NCBI GenBank assembly: GCA_016211945.1
Contig: JACRHV010000004.1
Coordinates: 2,649-66,648 of the forward strand
Length of the DNA stretch: 64,000 nt
Direction: 5' to 3'
Origin: Minisyncoccota bacterium
GTDB lineage: Bacteria > Patescibacteriota > Microgenomatia > UBA1400 > UBA12028
The notes under the pieces are model-generated. The model did no database searches, was not told where the DNA came from, and saw only the letters and a program-made list of their open reading frames with translations. The translations under genes and the position numbers were made by a program. Numbering within the stretch: position 1 is the stretch's first letter; the number at the start of each line of letters is the position of its first letter. Below, piece after piece: positions 27,883 through 38,858 of the stretch.

Positions 27883-29178
27883 CTACTTATTCTGTCTCAT
27901 GAACGCAGGAATATCAAACTCGTCCTCAAATTCATCGATTTTTGGTGTGTTATCGTCTGTTTGTGTTTGCGCGGTATTCGAGTTTTGCTGTGCTTGCTGC
28001 ATCTGAACAGCCTGTTGAACGGTTATCTGTTGCTGTTGTGTTGGGGTTTGGACATTGTGCTGAACGTGATTTGCACCACCTACTGTTCGTTGCGCCTGAG
28101 GTGCCCCAAACCCACCCGCTTTTCTTTGTGCTGGGGCATCGTATGCTCCAAACCTTGGTCTGTATCCACCAAACTTTAATCTATTCTCATCAAATCCCGT
28201 TGCGATGACACTAATCTTCACCGCACTCCCCATTTCTTTATCGATAGTTGCCCCAAAAATAATATTTGCATCGGGATCTGCTGTTTGCTGAATGACCGCA
28301 GAAGCTTCTGATACTTCAGTTAATGTCAAATCCTCACCACCGGTAATGGTGTACAACACACCCTTTGCGCCTTCAATAGAAACTTCCAAAAGTGGAGATG
28401 ATATTGCGGCACGCGCGGCATTAACCGCTCTATTCTCACCGGAAGCAGTACCGACTCCCATCAACGCTGTTCCTGATTCAGACATGACTGTTTTTACATC
28501 TGCAAAGTCAACATTCACCAAACCAGGGACAGTGATCAAGTCAGAGATAGCCTGTACTCCTTGTCCCAACACGTTATCGGCATACTTGAACGCGTCGATA
28601 AGGGTCATTTTACGATCGATGACGTCCAGCAATCTTTGATTGGGAATGACAATGAGAGTGTCTACCTTGTCTTTCAATCCTTCGATACCCTCATCTGCAA
28701 CATTCATGCGTCGAATTCCTTCAAACGCGAATGGTTTTGTGACGACTGCAACGGTCAGGGCTCCAGCTTCTTTCGCGAGTTCTGCGATGATAGGCGAGGC
28801 GCCAGTTCCTGTTCCGCCACCCATACCAGCTGTGATAAACACCATATCTGTGTCGAACACAAGTTCTTTGAGTTTCTCACGTGATTCTTCAGCGGCCTGA
28901 CGACCAACTTCGGGGTCTGCTCCAGAACCTAAACCGCGCGTGTAGTTTGAGCCAATTTGGAACTTTGTATCGGCCTTATTTGTGAGGAGTGCCTGCGCGT
29001 CTGTGTTCACCACAACAAACTCAACTCCCTGAATCAGATTTGCGGCGATCATCGAGTTTATTGCATTGCCGCCACCGCCACCCACTCCAATGACTTTAAT
29101 TTTTGCAAATGTGGTGTTACTTGGCTTGACCAATCCCATAGTTATCCCGATACTAACGCATTTTATTCGGGTACGCAA
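27883..29178 (-). CDS. ftsZ: Cell division GTPase FtsZ
   Basis: Tubulin signature [15 protein letters not shown]7 loop, Q-rich linker and conserved C-terminal peptide DIPAFMR. The true start may be the internal MGLVK at 29139. Confidence 0.95.
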   Translation of the reverse strand: MRTRIKCVSIGITMGLVKPSNTTFAKIKVIGVGGGGGNAINSMIAANLIQGVEFVVVNTDAQALLTNKADTKFQIGSNYTRGLGSGADPEVGRQAAEESREKLKELVFDTDMVFITAGMGGGTGTGASPIIAELAKEAGALTVAVVTKPFAFEGIRRMNVADEGIEGLKDKVDTLIVIPNQRLLDVIDRKMTLIDAFKYADNVLGQGVQAISDLITVPGLVNVDFADVKTVMSESGTALMGVGTASGENRAVNAARAAISSPLLEVSIEGAKGVLYTITGGEDLTLTEVSEASAVIQQTADPDANIIFGATIDKEMGSAVKISVIATGFDENRLKFGGYRPRFGAYDAPAQRKAGGFGAPQAQRTVGGANHVQHNVQTPTQQQQITVQQAVQMQQAQQNSNTAQTQTDDNTPKIDEFEDEFDIPAFMRQNK

Positions 29179-29187
29179 GATGGAAGA

Positions 29188-30519
29188 TCACGGCATGACG
29201 GACTTCACCGCCTTCACCAATTTTTCCATCATCTGTTTTAGGGGCAGATGACTGAACAGATCGTACGCAGATGATTCCTTCGTTTCATTCGATTTCATGT
29301 GGTGGAGATGCATACCATAACTTAACAAGCCCGCCGATGTGGCAAATGAAGGATAACTCATCTCTTCTGTCAATCCGCGTAAACCCTGCGGTCGTCCAAC
29401 CCTCGTAGACAACCCCAACGTCTTTTTGCACACCTCAACAATTCCAATGGTTTCCGCACCCCCACCAGTTAATACAACACCCGCCGGAATTAAAGGTAAC
29501 AAGCCTTGTTTTTCGAGTTCTTCACCAACAAGCTTAAACATTTCATGCAACCTTGGCATGATAATGCCGTCAACAACCGTTTTTCTTGATAACGGTCCCA
29601 CTTCTTCCATCAGTCCTAGGTTTGCGGTGTTCAACTCGTCCTCTTTTTTCTTCCGCTCGCGGAACTGTTCGCGAGTTTCTCCCACAACAGGCTGCACATC
29701 AACAGCTGCCGTGTTTGATAAAGACAACTTAATCTTTTCTGCCGATTGCAAACTGATACGGAGACCCAACGCAATATCAGAAGTGATATGTCGTGCACCA
29801 ATAGGCAATACGCCGGTGTATGACAACGATCCGTCAACGAATGCACAGACCGATGTTGAACCGGCACCAATATCCAGCATCACCACCCCAAGTTCCTTCT
29901 CGGTTTCCGAAAGCACTGCATACGATGAAGCCAGACCTGAAAATACAAACCCTTCCGGTTGTACTCCCAATTCATTCACACACTTTGCCATATTTTTTAC
30001 CGCAGTAGACGAGACAGTGATGATGTGTGTCTCACATTCTAGACGAACTCCGCTCATTCCCAACGGATCGCGAATACCATCTTGCGAATCTACCTTATAA
30101 TTTTTTGGAATAACATGGAGAACCTCACGCGCGGTCGGCAAAGATACAGCGCGAGCGGCCTCAATAACACGGCGGATATCGTCTGCACTAATCTCACCCT
30201 GCGGATTAGACACAGCAACAACTCCCTTCGAGTTTTGAGATTCAACATGTGCACCGCCCAAGGAAACGAACGCGGACCGTAACCCGCTTCCTGCCATTCT
30301 TTCTGCCGCATCCACGCTTTCGGTGATCGATTCAATGGCATCATCTAGATCCACAATTTGGCTTTTTCGCATCCCCTTACTTTGTACGGAAGCAACTCCT
30401 ACAACTCGAGGCTCTCTTTCACCATCACTCACCTGTGCGATAAGTGTACAGACTTTCTCTGTCCCGATATCGATTGCCGCTAATGTTCGAGTTTTCGCCA
30501 TGAAGTTCCTTTGCACCAC
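29188..30519 (-). CDS. ftsA: Cell division protein FtsA
   Basis: Actin-fold N-terminus LAAIDIGTEKV and typical FtsA length. Confidence 0.9.
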   Translation of the reverse strand: MVQRNFMAKTRTLAAIDIGTEKVCTLIAQVSDGEREPRVVGVASVQSKGMRKSQIVDLDDAIESITESVDAAERMAGSGLRSAFVSLGGAHVESQNSKGVVAVSNPQGEISADDIRRVIEAARAVSLPTAREVLHVIPKNYKVDSQDGIRDPLGMSGVRLECETHIITVSSTAVKNMAKCVNELGVQPEGFVFSGLASSYAVLSETEKELGVVMLDIGAGSTSVCAFVDGSLSYTGVLPIGARHITSDIALGLRISLQSAEKIKLSLSNTAAVDVQPVVGETREQFRERKKKEDELNTANLGLMEEVGPLSRKTVVDGIIMPRLHEMFKLVGEELEKQGLLPLIPAGVVLTGGGAETIGIVEVCKKTLGLSTRVGRPQGLRGLTEEMSYPSFATSAGLLSYGMHLHHMKSNETKESSAYDLFSHLPLKQMMEKLVKAVKSVMP

Positions 30520-30520
30520 G

Positions 30521-31309
30521 TCATCGTATCACAGGATGCGCAAAACGCAGATCGATAGACGTGGCTTTCTCGATCATTGTAGCTTCATTCAAGAGAAATT
30601 GTAAAGTGCTGAGTTGTTCCTCAATCTCGTCAGAAGATAGATATATCGATATATTTTGTGGCAGTACCACGAGAATCTCACGCGCATCCTTATATGAAAT
30701 AACTCCGTTTTTCAACGGTCCAAATTGCTCCGCCTGAGCAAGCACGCGTCCAGCATGGACCATTGTTTCCGAAAGTGTACTTCCAACTGGATACTCTTGA
30801 TCTATGGAAAGTATCGCAATTCCTTCCGGACGTTCACCGATTTTTTGTGTTATTTTTCCCGCTTCATTCACAAGAATGTACTCATTATTCTTTTTTTCAA
30901 ACAACACAAAGGCATTAGCTGACCGATGAAGTGTTATGAGTAGTGTTGAAGGGTATTTCTTTTTTTCCTCCACAGATTCCAGATTTGATAATCCAGCGAG
31001 TATTTTCTTCTTGTGCTCTTCTGTAGATAACTTCAACATGCTTTTCATCTTCAGACGCGAGAACTCTGCAATCACAGACTCTGGACATTCGTCACCATCC
31101 TCGTATCGACACACAATTGTTCGAACAATGAAAACATCCTTCACAAGATAAAGAGCGAAAAACAAGAAAAAAAGGGACAAAGAACATGCAAACACACGTA
31201 CCAGTATCTTTTTCTGTTTCCTTACCATGCCGGATTTATGATATAGATGATTGCCGTGCAACGAGGTTTTGACTGATAGTAACGATTCGTTCTGCTGCAT
31301 CGGTAACAA
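30521..31309 (-). CDS. ftsQ: Cell division protein FtsQ/DivIB-like
   Basis: Single TM (VFACSLSLFFLFFALYLV) then a POTRA-like region, positioned between murG and ftsA. Start is uncertain; the internal MVRKQ at 31228 would reduce the overlap with murG. Confidence 0.55.
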   Translation of the reverse strand: MLPMQQNESLLSVKTSLHGNHLYHKSGMVRKQKKILVRVFACSLSLFFLFFALYLVKDVFIVRTIVCRYEDGDECPESVIAEFSRLKMKSMLKLSTEEHKKKILAGLSNLESVEEKKKYPSTLLITLHRSANAFVLFEKKNNEYILVNEAGKITQKIGERPEGIAILSIDQEYPVGSTLSETMVHAGRVLAQAEQFGPLKNGVISYKDAREILVVLPQNISIYLSSDEIEEQLSTLQFLLNEATMIEKATSIDLRFAHPVIR

Positions 31310-32378
31310 GTTCCTTATCTATTTTTGCCGCACACATTTGCATGCGTTCACTCTTTCTTAAACACGTAAGTATTGTCTCGTAGAGCTTCTTCGGAATCAA
31401 ATCGTGTTGTTGTATGACAATCGCCGCTCCTTTTTGTTCGAGTATTTGCGCATTTTTCAGTTGTTCGTTCATATGCGCAAACGGCAAAGGAATAAAGATT
31501 GCTGGTACTCGACTAACCATAATCTCATGAACAGTGTTTGCCCCAGATCGTGCGACGACAAGATCGGCATGTTGGAAAATCCACGCGACATCTTCTTCTT
31601 TGATCCACTCGCGAACGATGTACCGTTTTTTTTGCTGAGTCGGTAGTAGATTCCGTTCCTCTACAAGTTCTCGAATGTAATGTGAGCTTGAAGAACCTCC
31701 ACATTGGTGGATAAGTATGACGTGTTTTGTTAAAGAGTGTAGCAACAGTCGAATTGTTTGATTGAGGACCTGCGATCCTTGACTTCCACCAGTGATATAC
31801 ACAATGGGCTTATTCAGCGGAAATTCTTGAAGCCAGTCAGGCTTTTTCCTAAACACTTCATGAAACGACGGGCGCACTGGATTTCCGGTAAGGATAACCT
31901 TTTCCTTTGGGAAATACTTTTTTGAATCTTCAAATGAAATAGCGATGACCGAAGCTAAATGTGCAATAACCTGATTTGCCAAACCTATGGTACGTGTTTG
32001 CTCATGAGTGATGAGTGGGATATGTTGTATTTTACACGCAAATGCTATGGGAACTGCGAGATAACCACCAAATGAGATAAAGACATTCGGCCGTTCCTTC
32101 TTGAGAATGATATAGGCTTGATACAACGACGGGATAAACCGAAATAACTCAAAAAAATTACGGAGAAAATATGTCCGATGAAACTTTGCTGCCTCGATCG
32201 TATAAAAAGGAACTCGTAATTTCTTCATCTCGTCTTTTTCCCGAGATCGCATGCGCTCTTTTTCCTGTGAAAACTCTCTCCCAATAAAAATAATTTTTGT
32301 TTTTGGTGTAGAGGTTCGAAAAGCGTTGATCACCGCCAAGGCTGGCGTGAGGTGTCCACCAGATATAACAACCTTCAT
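31236..32378 (-). CDS. murG: UDP-GlcNAc:undecaprenyl-PP-MurNAc-pentapeptide GlcNAc transferase MurG
   Basis: N-terminal MKVVISGGHLTPALAV G-loop and GT28 C-terminal domain. Confidence 0.9.
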   Translation of the reverse strand: MKVVISGGHLTPALAVINAFRTSTPKTKIIFIGREFSQEKERMRSREKDEMKKLRVPFYTIEAAKFHRTYFLRNFFELFRFIPSLYQAYIILKKERPNVFISFGGYLAVPIAFACKIQHIPLITHEQTRTIGLANQVIAHLASVIAISFEDSKKYFPKEKVILTGNPVRPSFHEVFRKKPDWLQEFPLNKPIVYITGGSQGSQVLNQTIRLLLHSLTKHVILIHQCGGSSSSHYIRELVEERNLLPTQQKKRYIVREWIKEEDVAWIFQHADLVVARSGANTVHEIMVSRVPAIFIPLPFAHMNEQLKNAQILEQKGAAIVIQQHDLIPKKLYETILTCLRKSERMQMCAAKIDKELVTDAAERIVTISQNLVARQSSIS

Positions 32379-33457
32379 GATGCTCTCCTTCCGATACCCA
32401 TGAGTATACCGCTTGCTGCAAGTACAGACACCAGCGAGGATCCTCCGTAGGATACAAACGGCAATGGAACACCTGTTAATGGGATGAGTGAAACAATCGA
32501 TCCGAGGTTAATAAGAGACTGCGCCCCAATCCATGTTGTTAATCCAACCGTTAATAATCGCGTGTATGGGTCGGATGTTTTTTGTGCAATTGAAAACCCC
32601 TGCCAGCACAAACTCATATATAAAAATACAATAACAGTGGAACCAAAAAAGCCAATTTCTTCTGCGGCGATTGCAAAGATAGAGTCGGTACTCGCCTCCG
32701 GAATGTACTGATACTTCTGCTTTGATTGACCGATGCCTTGGCCAAACCAGCCTCCAGATCCCAAAGCTATGGTAATCTGCCGAATGTGGTAGGATGCTCC
32801 CAACGGATCTTCTTCAGATCGCAAAAATGTCTTGAGCCGCTCCATTCGATAGGGTGAGATTAAAATAAGTAGCACGACACCGAGAAAACCGAGTCCAACA
32901 ACACTCACAGTATCCTTCCATGCTCCTCCGCTCACAACGTATAACACAAACCCTATTGTCCCCAGTACTAAAGCACTCCCTAAATCTGGTTGCAGCATGA
33001 CCAAACCAAAAATGCTCCCCATAAAAAAGAGAAACGGGAGTAAACGTTGATGCCGGGACAACCATTGTGAAAAGTAGAGAACCAAACCCATCTTCATGAC
33101 CTCAGAAGGTTGGAATCGAACCGGACCTACAATGATCCACCGCCTTGCTCCCTGTACTTTTGACCCAATCCCAGGAATTAATACCGCAATCAGGCAGAGA
33201 AATGAAAAGTAAAACGCGAGTATCCCAAAACTTCGCAGTACTTTCATGGGTATATATGAACTGGCAAACATCACGATGAGTCCAATGCAAGCCCAAACTA
33301 TTTGTTGCCGCACAAAATAATATTTATCGTTGAACTGTTGGTACGCTTCCGCAACTGACGCGTCAAAAACAAAAAGTACTCCGCAGATCAATAACAAAAG
33401 AACGAGGAAAAAAATAATTCTATCTGATCGGCGAAAAACGACGTGAAAAAGATTCAT
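32375..33457 (-). CDS. ftsW: SEDS-family peptidoglycan glycosyltransferase FtsW
   Basis: 10-TM SEDS protein in the canonical dcw position between mraY and murG. Confidence 0.85.
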   Translation of the reverse strand: MNLFHVVFRRSDRIIFFLVLLLLICGVLFVFDASVAEAYQQFNDKYYFVRQQIVWACIGLIVMFASSYIPMKVLRSFGILAFYFSFLCLIAVLIPGIGSKVQGARRWIIVGPVRFQPSEVMKMGLVLYFSQWLSRHQRLLPFLFFMGSIFGLVMLQPDLGSALVLGTIGFVLYVVSGGAWKDTVSVVGLGFLGVVLLILISPYRMERLKTFLRSEEDPLGASYHIRQITIALGSGGWFGQGIGQSKQKYQYIPEASTDSIFAIAAEEIGFFGSTVIVFLYMSLCWQGFSIAQKTSDPYTRLLTVGLTTWIGAQSLINLGSIVSLIPLTGVPLPFVSYGGSSLVSVLAASGILMGIGRRAS

Positions 33458-33460
33458 GGA

Positions 33461-34513
33461 TTAAATAACAGTAAGCCATAATCCAAAAAGAGTGAGCACA
33501 ATTCCTGTGAGAAGTGCGCGTTGCACAATTTTTGGTTCTGGCCAACCCCTATACTGTAACCAAAGGTGAAAAGGAGCGACAGGAAAAACTTTTTTTCCTC
33601 GCACTTTTTTGGAAAGTAACTGAACAAGACTCGAGCCAATCTCCGCAACAAATACGCCACCAATAATAACAAGTGCCATGACCTTTCCCAACAACAAACC
33701 AACGACCGCAAGTGTCGCACCAAATGACAGTGCTCCAACATCCCCCATCATGATACGCGCGGGAAAAATATTAAAATACAAAAAAGCAATGAGTGAGCCA
33801 ATCCACAGTGCAAGAAAAATAGACAATGTTGTATCAAGAATTGTGGCAGAGAGCACCCACAGGCCAAAAAGACAGATGAGAAGAACGCTTGCCGCTAATC
33901 CATCCAGCCCATCGGTCACATTCACAGCATTTGCAAATGCAACGATAGTAAACATGGAAAATGGAATAAACCACAAGCCCATGTGAACAACCCCAAGAAA
34001 AGGCACGTTGACTATGGATATCCCCAGTGATGAATACATCATCCAAGAAACGATCAGCGCTAACACGCACTGCAACGCAAGTTTCTGCCACATGTGCAAT
34101 CCGAAAAAACCAGACTTTTCAAACCCAAAAAACTTCTTAATATCATCATACAGACCAAGAATTCCAAATGACAAAAATGTAAAAAAGATAACGTTCAGCT
34201 CCTGGGATAATGGATACACGTTTGTCATTGTTACACCAAGTACGCGAAGCATTTGCGATATAGATGCAAATAGTATTGACACAACAAGCATAATAAGAAG
34301 TCCCGCCCCAATTGGCGTACCAACCTTATGTTTATGAAATGAGTCAAAAATAGGAGTCAGTTTGCCGAACATGTCCTGTGTTTGTTTATTTTTGCGTTGA
34401 AACTTTAACGTATACAGGAGATTAATGAATGGAACAATACACACGCTTGTCACGAGAAATGAAAAAAGTAAAAGACCTAATGCGAGTCCCATAGTATTTC
34501 CTTCATTATACAT
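33461..34513 (-). CDS. mraY: Phospho-N-acetylmuramoyl-pentapeptide transferase MraY
   Basis: NAVNVTDGLDGLA signature and 10-TM topology. Confidence 0.95.
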   Translation of the reverse strand: MYNEGNTMGLALGLLLFSFLVTSVCIVPFINLLYTLKFQRKNKQTQDMFGKLTPIFDSFHKHKVGTPIGAGLLIMLVVSILFASISQMLRVLGVTMTNVYPLSQELNVIFFTFLSFGILGLYDDIKKFFGFEKSGFFGLHMWQKLALQCVLALIVSWMMYSSLGISIVNVPFLGVVHMGLWFIPFSMFTIVAFANAVNVTDGLDGLAASVLLICLFGLWVLSATILDTTLSIFLALWIGSLIAFLYFNIFPARIMMGDVGALSFGATLAVVGLLLGKVMALVIIGGVFVAEIGSSLVQLLSKKVRGKKVFPVAPFHLWLQYRGWPEPKIVQRALLTGIVLTLFGLWLTVI

Positions 34514-35833
34514 TTATGCACGAACGATCTCTGCTCCCAAACTCCGCAGGCGTGAGTCAAACTGTTCGTAGCCTCGATCAATATGGTCAATAGTATGGAG
34601 CGTTGTGATTCCAGGCGCAATCAATGCAGCCAGTACAAGCGTTGCTCCGGCTCGAATATCAGGAACATCAAAGGTTCCTGCCCTTAGGGGGGTTTTCCCC
34701 TCTACTTCAACGGCGTGAAATGCGTGATGGACATGTTCGTCGTATGGAAATTGGTAAAAATCTGCCGCATGCGTAACCTTCGGCGAAAACAGTCGCATCT
34801 TTGCCCCCATCTTCACAAGATCAGGAACATATTGAAATCGAGTTTCTGAAACAGTTTCATGAATAACACTCTTTCCTTCTACTTGCGTAAGGAGCACTGC
34901 CCACAATGGCTGCCAATCTGTCATAAACCCTGGATGCGGAGCTGTTTCAACATCAGTCGCATGTAATTTCCCTTTTCCAAAAAAGCGAATTCCGTACGGA
35001 CCAATTTCATATCCCGCCCCAATTTCATCGAGTTTTTGTAGAAATGCATGGAGATGCTCCTGCTTTGCATTTTCTACGATAATATCTCCGTGTGTTGCAA
35101 TCGCGGCACAGGCATACGACACCGCCTCGTTTCGATCTGGCATGATTTTGTGAATTGCAGAGTGGAGCTCCTTCACACCGTCGATCTCAATAACCCGATT
35201 TTGTTTTCGTTGAATACGCGCACCCATCGCAACAAGAAATTCTATAAGGTCATCAATTTCAGGTTCAAGTCCTGCATTCTCTAAGATGGTTTTCCCGTCT
35301 GCGACAGAAGCGGCGATGAGCATTGATTCCGTTCCGGTATGCGTAACTTTTTCAAACTTGTATCGAGTTCCATGCAATCTTCCTTCAACCCAAGCTTCGA
35401 GTGTACTTCCGTGTATCTTTATTTTTGCTCCGAGCGCTTGCAAACCGAGAAGATGACGATCTATCGGCCGTTTTCCTATGGCGTCACCTCCCGGAAGTGG
35501 AACAACTGCATGCCCAAATCTAGACAATAATGGGCCGATAAACATCGTTGATGCTCGAGAAAGTTCTCCATATTTTTCTGGAATACTATCACTCGACATG
35601 TTTTTGGCTGAAATGAGCAGTGTTCGCTCGCCAACATTTCGAACGGTAGCGCCAACATCCTCAATCATCTGCCGAGTAATCTCAACGTCCCGAATATGTG
35701 AAAAATTAAGCAGTCGGGACTCACCATTCGTGAGCAAGGAGGCAATCATCAACTTGAAACTAGCATTTTTTGCACCACCCAAACGCACAGAACCGTATAA
35801 TCCCTTTCCGCCTTTAATAATGAATGAACTCAT
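34514..35833 (-). CDS. murA: UDP-N-acetylglucosamine 1-carboxyvinyltransferase MurA
   Basis: N-terminal IKGGKGLYGSVRLGGAKNASFKLMIASLL and EPSP-synthase-like fold length. Confidence 0.9.
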   Translation of the reverse strand: MSSFIIKGGKGLYGSVRLGGAKNASFKLMIASLLTNGESRLLNFSHIRDVEITRQMIEDVGATVRNVGERTLLISAKNMSSDSIPEKYGELSRASTMFIGPLLSRFGHAVVPLPGGDAIGKRPIDRHLLGLQALGAKIKIHGSTLEAWVEGRLHGTRYKFEKVTHTGTESMLIAASVADGKTILENAGLEPEIDDLIEFLVAMGARIQRKQNRVIEIDGVKELHSAIHKIMPDRNEAVSYACAAIATHGDIIVENAKQEHLHAFLQKLDEIGAGYEIGPYGIRFFGKGKLHATDVETAPHPGFMTDWQPLWAVLLTQVEGKSVIHETVSETRFQYVPDLVKMGAKMRLFSPKVTHAADFYQFPYDEHVHHAFHAVEVEGKTPLRAGTFDVPDIRAGATLVLAALIAPGITTLHTIDHIDRGYEQFDSRLRSLGAEIVRA

Positions 35834-35834
35834 G

Positions 35835-36815
35835 TCAGTCCTTTAAGAGAAAAACCTCGCGATCCAATTCTACCCCATATTTCTGCTGAACGACATCCTG
35901 AACATGTTTGGCAACTGCAAGAATTTCATGTGTTGTAGCACCACCAAGGTTCAAAATAAAGTTCGCGTGTTTGTCGCTCACCACTGCATCGCCGATACGG
36001 AAACCCTTAAGGCCTGCGAGATCAATAAGTTTTCCAGCGTGTGCAATACTACCATCGGCAAATATTCCATTTTTAAACATGCAACCCGAACTTGGGATGC
36101 CTAATGGCTGTGTTGTCGCACGTTTTACCGTTGCTTCTTTGGCGCGACGTTCCAACTCATCCTTCTTTCCCTTTTTCAGTGTAAAGTGTACGCGTAAAAT
36201 AACGTCATGCGTCTCGTGAAATAGTGAATAATCATACGCAAAATGTATTTGAGAGTGTACGACACTTTTTTTCTTCCCTGTTTTTTTTTCTACTATTTCT
36301 ACCTCTGTCACATGTTCACCAATGAGTTGATTCATATAGTGCGAGTTGTTATACACCGCCCCACCGACAGATCCCGGTACTCCAAGAAAATATTCAAGCC
36401 CTTCAAGCTCCTCGTTTATCGCTCTACGCACAAGGAGATTTGTTGGTACACCACTGTCTGCAATAATCACTGAAAACTCTTTGTCATGACGAACTTGAAT
36501 AGTAGTCGATACATTTTTAATGACAAGCCCGCGAAGCCCCTCGTCTGGCACAAGAACATTACTTGCGCCACCCAAAATGGTTAGCGGGACATTCTGTTTT
36601 ATGCACCACATAGAGAGTTTCTCAAGATCATTCGAATTTTTTACAGATACAAAAACCTCGGCACATCCACCACTTTTCATATAAGTATGATGCACAAGTG
36701 ATTCCTCTGAAAAAAATTGGAGATTAGGAAAAGCTCTGGATACTGATTGAAACAGTGCGTCGGACATTCGTTGTATTTTAACACAGGTCGTGGATGTGAT
36801 AGAGATCTCCGGCAC
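35835..36815 (-). CDS. murB: UDP-N-acetylenolpyruvoylglucosamine reductase MurB
   Basis: FAD-binding region (TILGGASNVLV) and MurB C-terminal domain. Confidence 0.9.
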   Translation of the reverse strand: MPEISITSTTCVKIQRMSDALFQSVSRAFPNLQFFSEESLVHHTYMKSGGCAEVFVSVKNSNDLEKLSMWCIKQNVPLTILGGASNVLVPDEGLRGLVIKNVSTTIQVRHDKEFSVIIADSGVPTNLLVRRAINEELEGLEYFLGVPGSVGGAVYNNSHYMNQLIGEHVTEVEIVEKKTGKKKSVVHSQIHFAYDYSLFHETHDVILRVHFTLKKGKKDELERRAKEATVKRATTQPLGIPSSGCMFKNGIFADGSIAHAGKLIDLAGLKGFRIGDAVVSDKHANFILNLGGATTHEILAVAKHVQDVVQQKYGVELDREVFLLKD

Positions 36816-38187
36816 CCAATGTAATCACGACATCTCGAGGTTTAACCAGCTCATGTATGACCCGTACGGCCTCCTGAATTGTGTGCACATTCTTCGCTTT
36901 TTTGCCTATTTTCTGGACAAGGTGATCGGCGTGTACAGTTGCATCATCTTTTTCCCGTGCAGACGCAAAAATATCGAGAAGGAAAACAATGTCAGCGTGT
37001 GAAAAGCTTTGTGAAAACTCGTTGAGTAACGCTTTGGTTCGACTATATGTATGTGGCTGAAATACTGCGACTATTCTTGAGTCAGGGTACCACTCTCGCA
37101 ATGCGCCCAACGTTGCTTGAATCTCTGATGGATGGTGAGCATAGTCGTCATAATACTGAACGTCTTTTTTCATTCCTTTATTTTCAAAACGCCGCATAGT
37201 TCCAGTAAACTTCTCAAGTGCCTCAATTCCTCTTTCTATAGAAACCCCACATGTTGAAGCCGCAGCTAACGCGTATGCCGCGTTCATTTGATTAAAGATA
37301 CCAGGAAGATGTAGGCGTATGTTTTGCGTCTGCCCACGCACGGTTATATCAAGACTCGTCATGTCCTTTTTTGTACGATACTCGCCCAGTTGAATGTCAG
37401 CTCGTTTTTCTCTTGAAACGATGACTCGATGAAAGGGTGGGGGCGATAATTCGGTCAGTCGCACAAGTTCTGCATCTTCTCCGTTGATGATCAGTGTGCC
37501 TGTTGGTGGAAGATGTGAAAAGAATTGGAGATATGCTTTTTTTGTATCGTCAAACGACGAATACACATCGGGATGATCGAACGCGATATTGGTACATACG
37601 ATACATTCGGGAAATTGTGAAAGAAAACGAGGAGTACGATCTTTTGCTGGATCTTTCACGTACTCGTCGGCTTCTGCAACAAAAAAGTCACTTGCAGGCA
37701 CATAACGGCCGGTTGCGTTTAGATTAAAAACGTTTCCCACACCAATGGAAAAGCTCGGGTGTAGACCTGCGTACTCGAGAATCCATGCGATCATCGCGGA
37801 TACCGTCGATTTTCCACCAACACCGCACACCGATATACCTCGCTTTCCTTTCATCAACTCTCCCAACGCGTCGGCGTGGGAAAGGACCGGTATACCACGC
37901 TGTATCGCTGTCAGAACATCGGCGTTTTGACTCCCCTGATGTGCGCCGGAGTAAATCACAAGATCAGTTTTCACACCTATGTTCTTTGGAGAAAATTCGT
38001 TATACATGTTTACAGAAAGTTTCTTGAGTATATTTGCCGTTACAAAATTCTCTACAAGATCGCTTCCTGTTATTTCTTTTCCCAAATCGGTTAAACACTG
38101 CGCCAATGATGTCATTGCAACGCCTTTTATTCCTACTAGATGAATTGAATGATGTGATTCAAATGGCATAGCTACTCTTCCATCCAT
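36778..38187 (-). CDS. murC: UDP-N-acetylmuramate--L-alanine ligase MurC
   Basis: HLVGIKGVAMTSLAQCL N-domain, GKST P-loop (GVGGKSTV), Mur ligase C-domain. Confidence 0.9.
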   Translation of the reverse strand: MDGRVAMPFESHHSIHLVGIKGVAMTSLAQCLTDLGKEITGSDLVENFVTANILKKLSVNMYNEFSPKNIGVKTDLVIYSGAHQGSQNADVLTAIQRGIPVLSHADALGELMKGKRGISVCGVGGKSTVSAMIAWILEYAGLHPSFSIGVGNVFNLNATGRYVPASDFFVAEADEYVKDPAKDRTPRFLSQFPECIVCTNIAFDHPDVYSSFDDTKKAYLQFFSHLPPTGTLIINGEDAELVRLTELSPPPFHRVIVSREKRADIQLGEYRTKKDMTSLDITVRGQTQNIRLHLPGIFNQMNAAYALAAASTCGVSIERGIEALEKFTGTMRRFENKGMKKDVQYYDDYAHHPSEIQATLGALREWYPDSRIVAVFQPHTYSRTKALLNEFSQSFSHADIVFLLDIFASAREKDDATVHADHLVQKIGKKAKNVHTIQEAVRVIHELVKPRDVVITLGAGDLYHIHDLC

Positions 38188-38855
38188 GCTACCACGCCAA
38201 AGTGTGGCGCGCCTGTCGTCATCTTACGTTCAAGCTTCCATCTCCGATATGAGTAATATGATTCGGTTTCATGGTAGGTACACCCTCCATCACTGTACAG
38301 GTGATCCTCTGGTATACCGAATGTTCTGCATTGGTCGAGCACGGCATCTTGCAACGAAACAGAGTACTGTTCTTTTTTTTCGTGTACATAGGGTTTCCAT
38401 TCTGGAAAATGTGACTGTATTGGCAAACTTTGCATTGTGTTGCAGCACTGCTGTATAGATGGCCCTATCCACACAAAGATATCCTGAGGATCAGCCATTG
38501 TTGTCGAACACAGATCTGCCAGCGTCAACGGAACAATACTCTGAAGTAGCGATCTCCATCCTCCATGAATCACTGTCAGGCCCTTGCCTTTAATAGAACA
38601 TACTATCGGTAAACAGTCTGCCACTCGAATACCTAAAGCATGCGCCTGATCTGTGGTAATGAGTGCATCACACTGGAACATTTCATGTTTCGTAACAACC
38701 CTTCTCTCAGATCCATGCATGAGTCGAGGAACAATGAGCGTTTTCCCATAGTCCTTCATCTTTTGGTGAAGCACTGTCTCAGATGAAATATCGCCATCTG
38801 CTCTTCCCGTCAACACAATCACACACCCGGGAATGATGTGTTGGAGCTCAACCAT
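38172..38855 (-). CDS. pgeF: YfiH/PgeF (DUF152) purine nucleoside phosphorylase/peptidoglycan editing factor family
   Basis: Conserved VIHGGWRSLLQ (HAGWRG-like) motif, ~230 aa. Confidence 0.7.
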   Translation of the reverse strand: MVELQHIIPGCVIVLTGRADGDISSETVLHQKMKDYGKTLIVPRLMHGSERRVVTKHEMFQCDALITTDQAHALGIRVADCLPIVCSIKGKGLTVIHGGWRSLLQSIVPLTLADLCSTTMADPQDIFVWIGPSIQQCCNTMQSLPIQSHFPEWKPYVHEKKEQYSVSLQDAVLDQCRTFGIPEDHLYSDGGCTYHETESYYSYRRWKLERKMTTGAPHFGVVAWMEE

Positions 38856-38858
38856 GCG

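Noticed and set aside
29426-30100. 224 aa plus-strand ORF
   Set aside because: Fully antisense to ftsA, with a Ser/Pro/Thr-rich low-complexity translation typical of a shadow frame.
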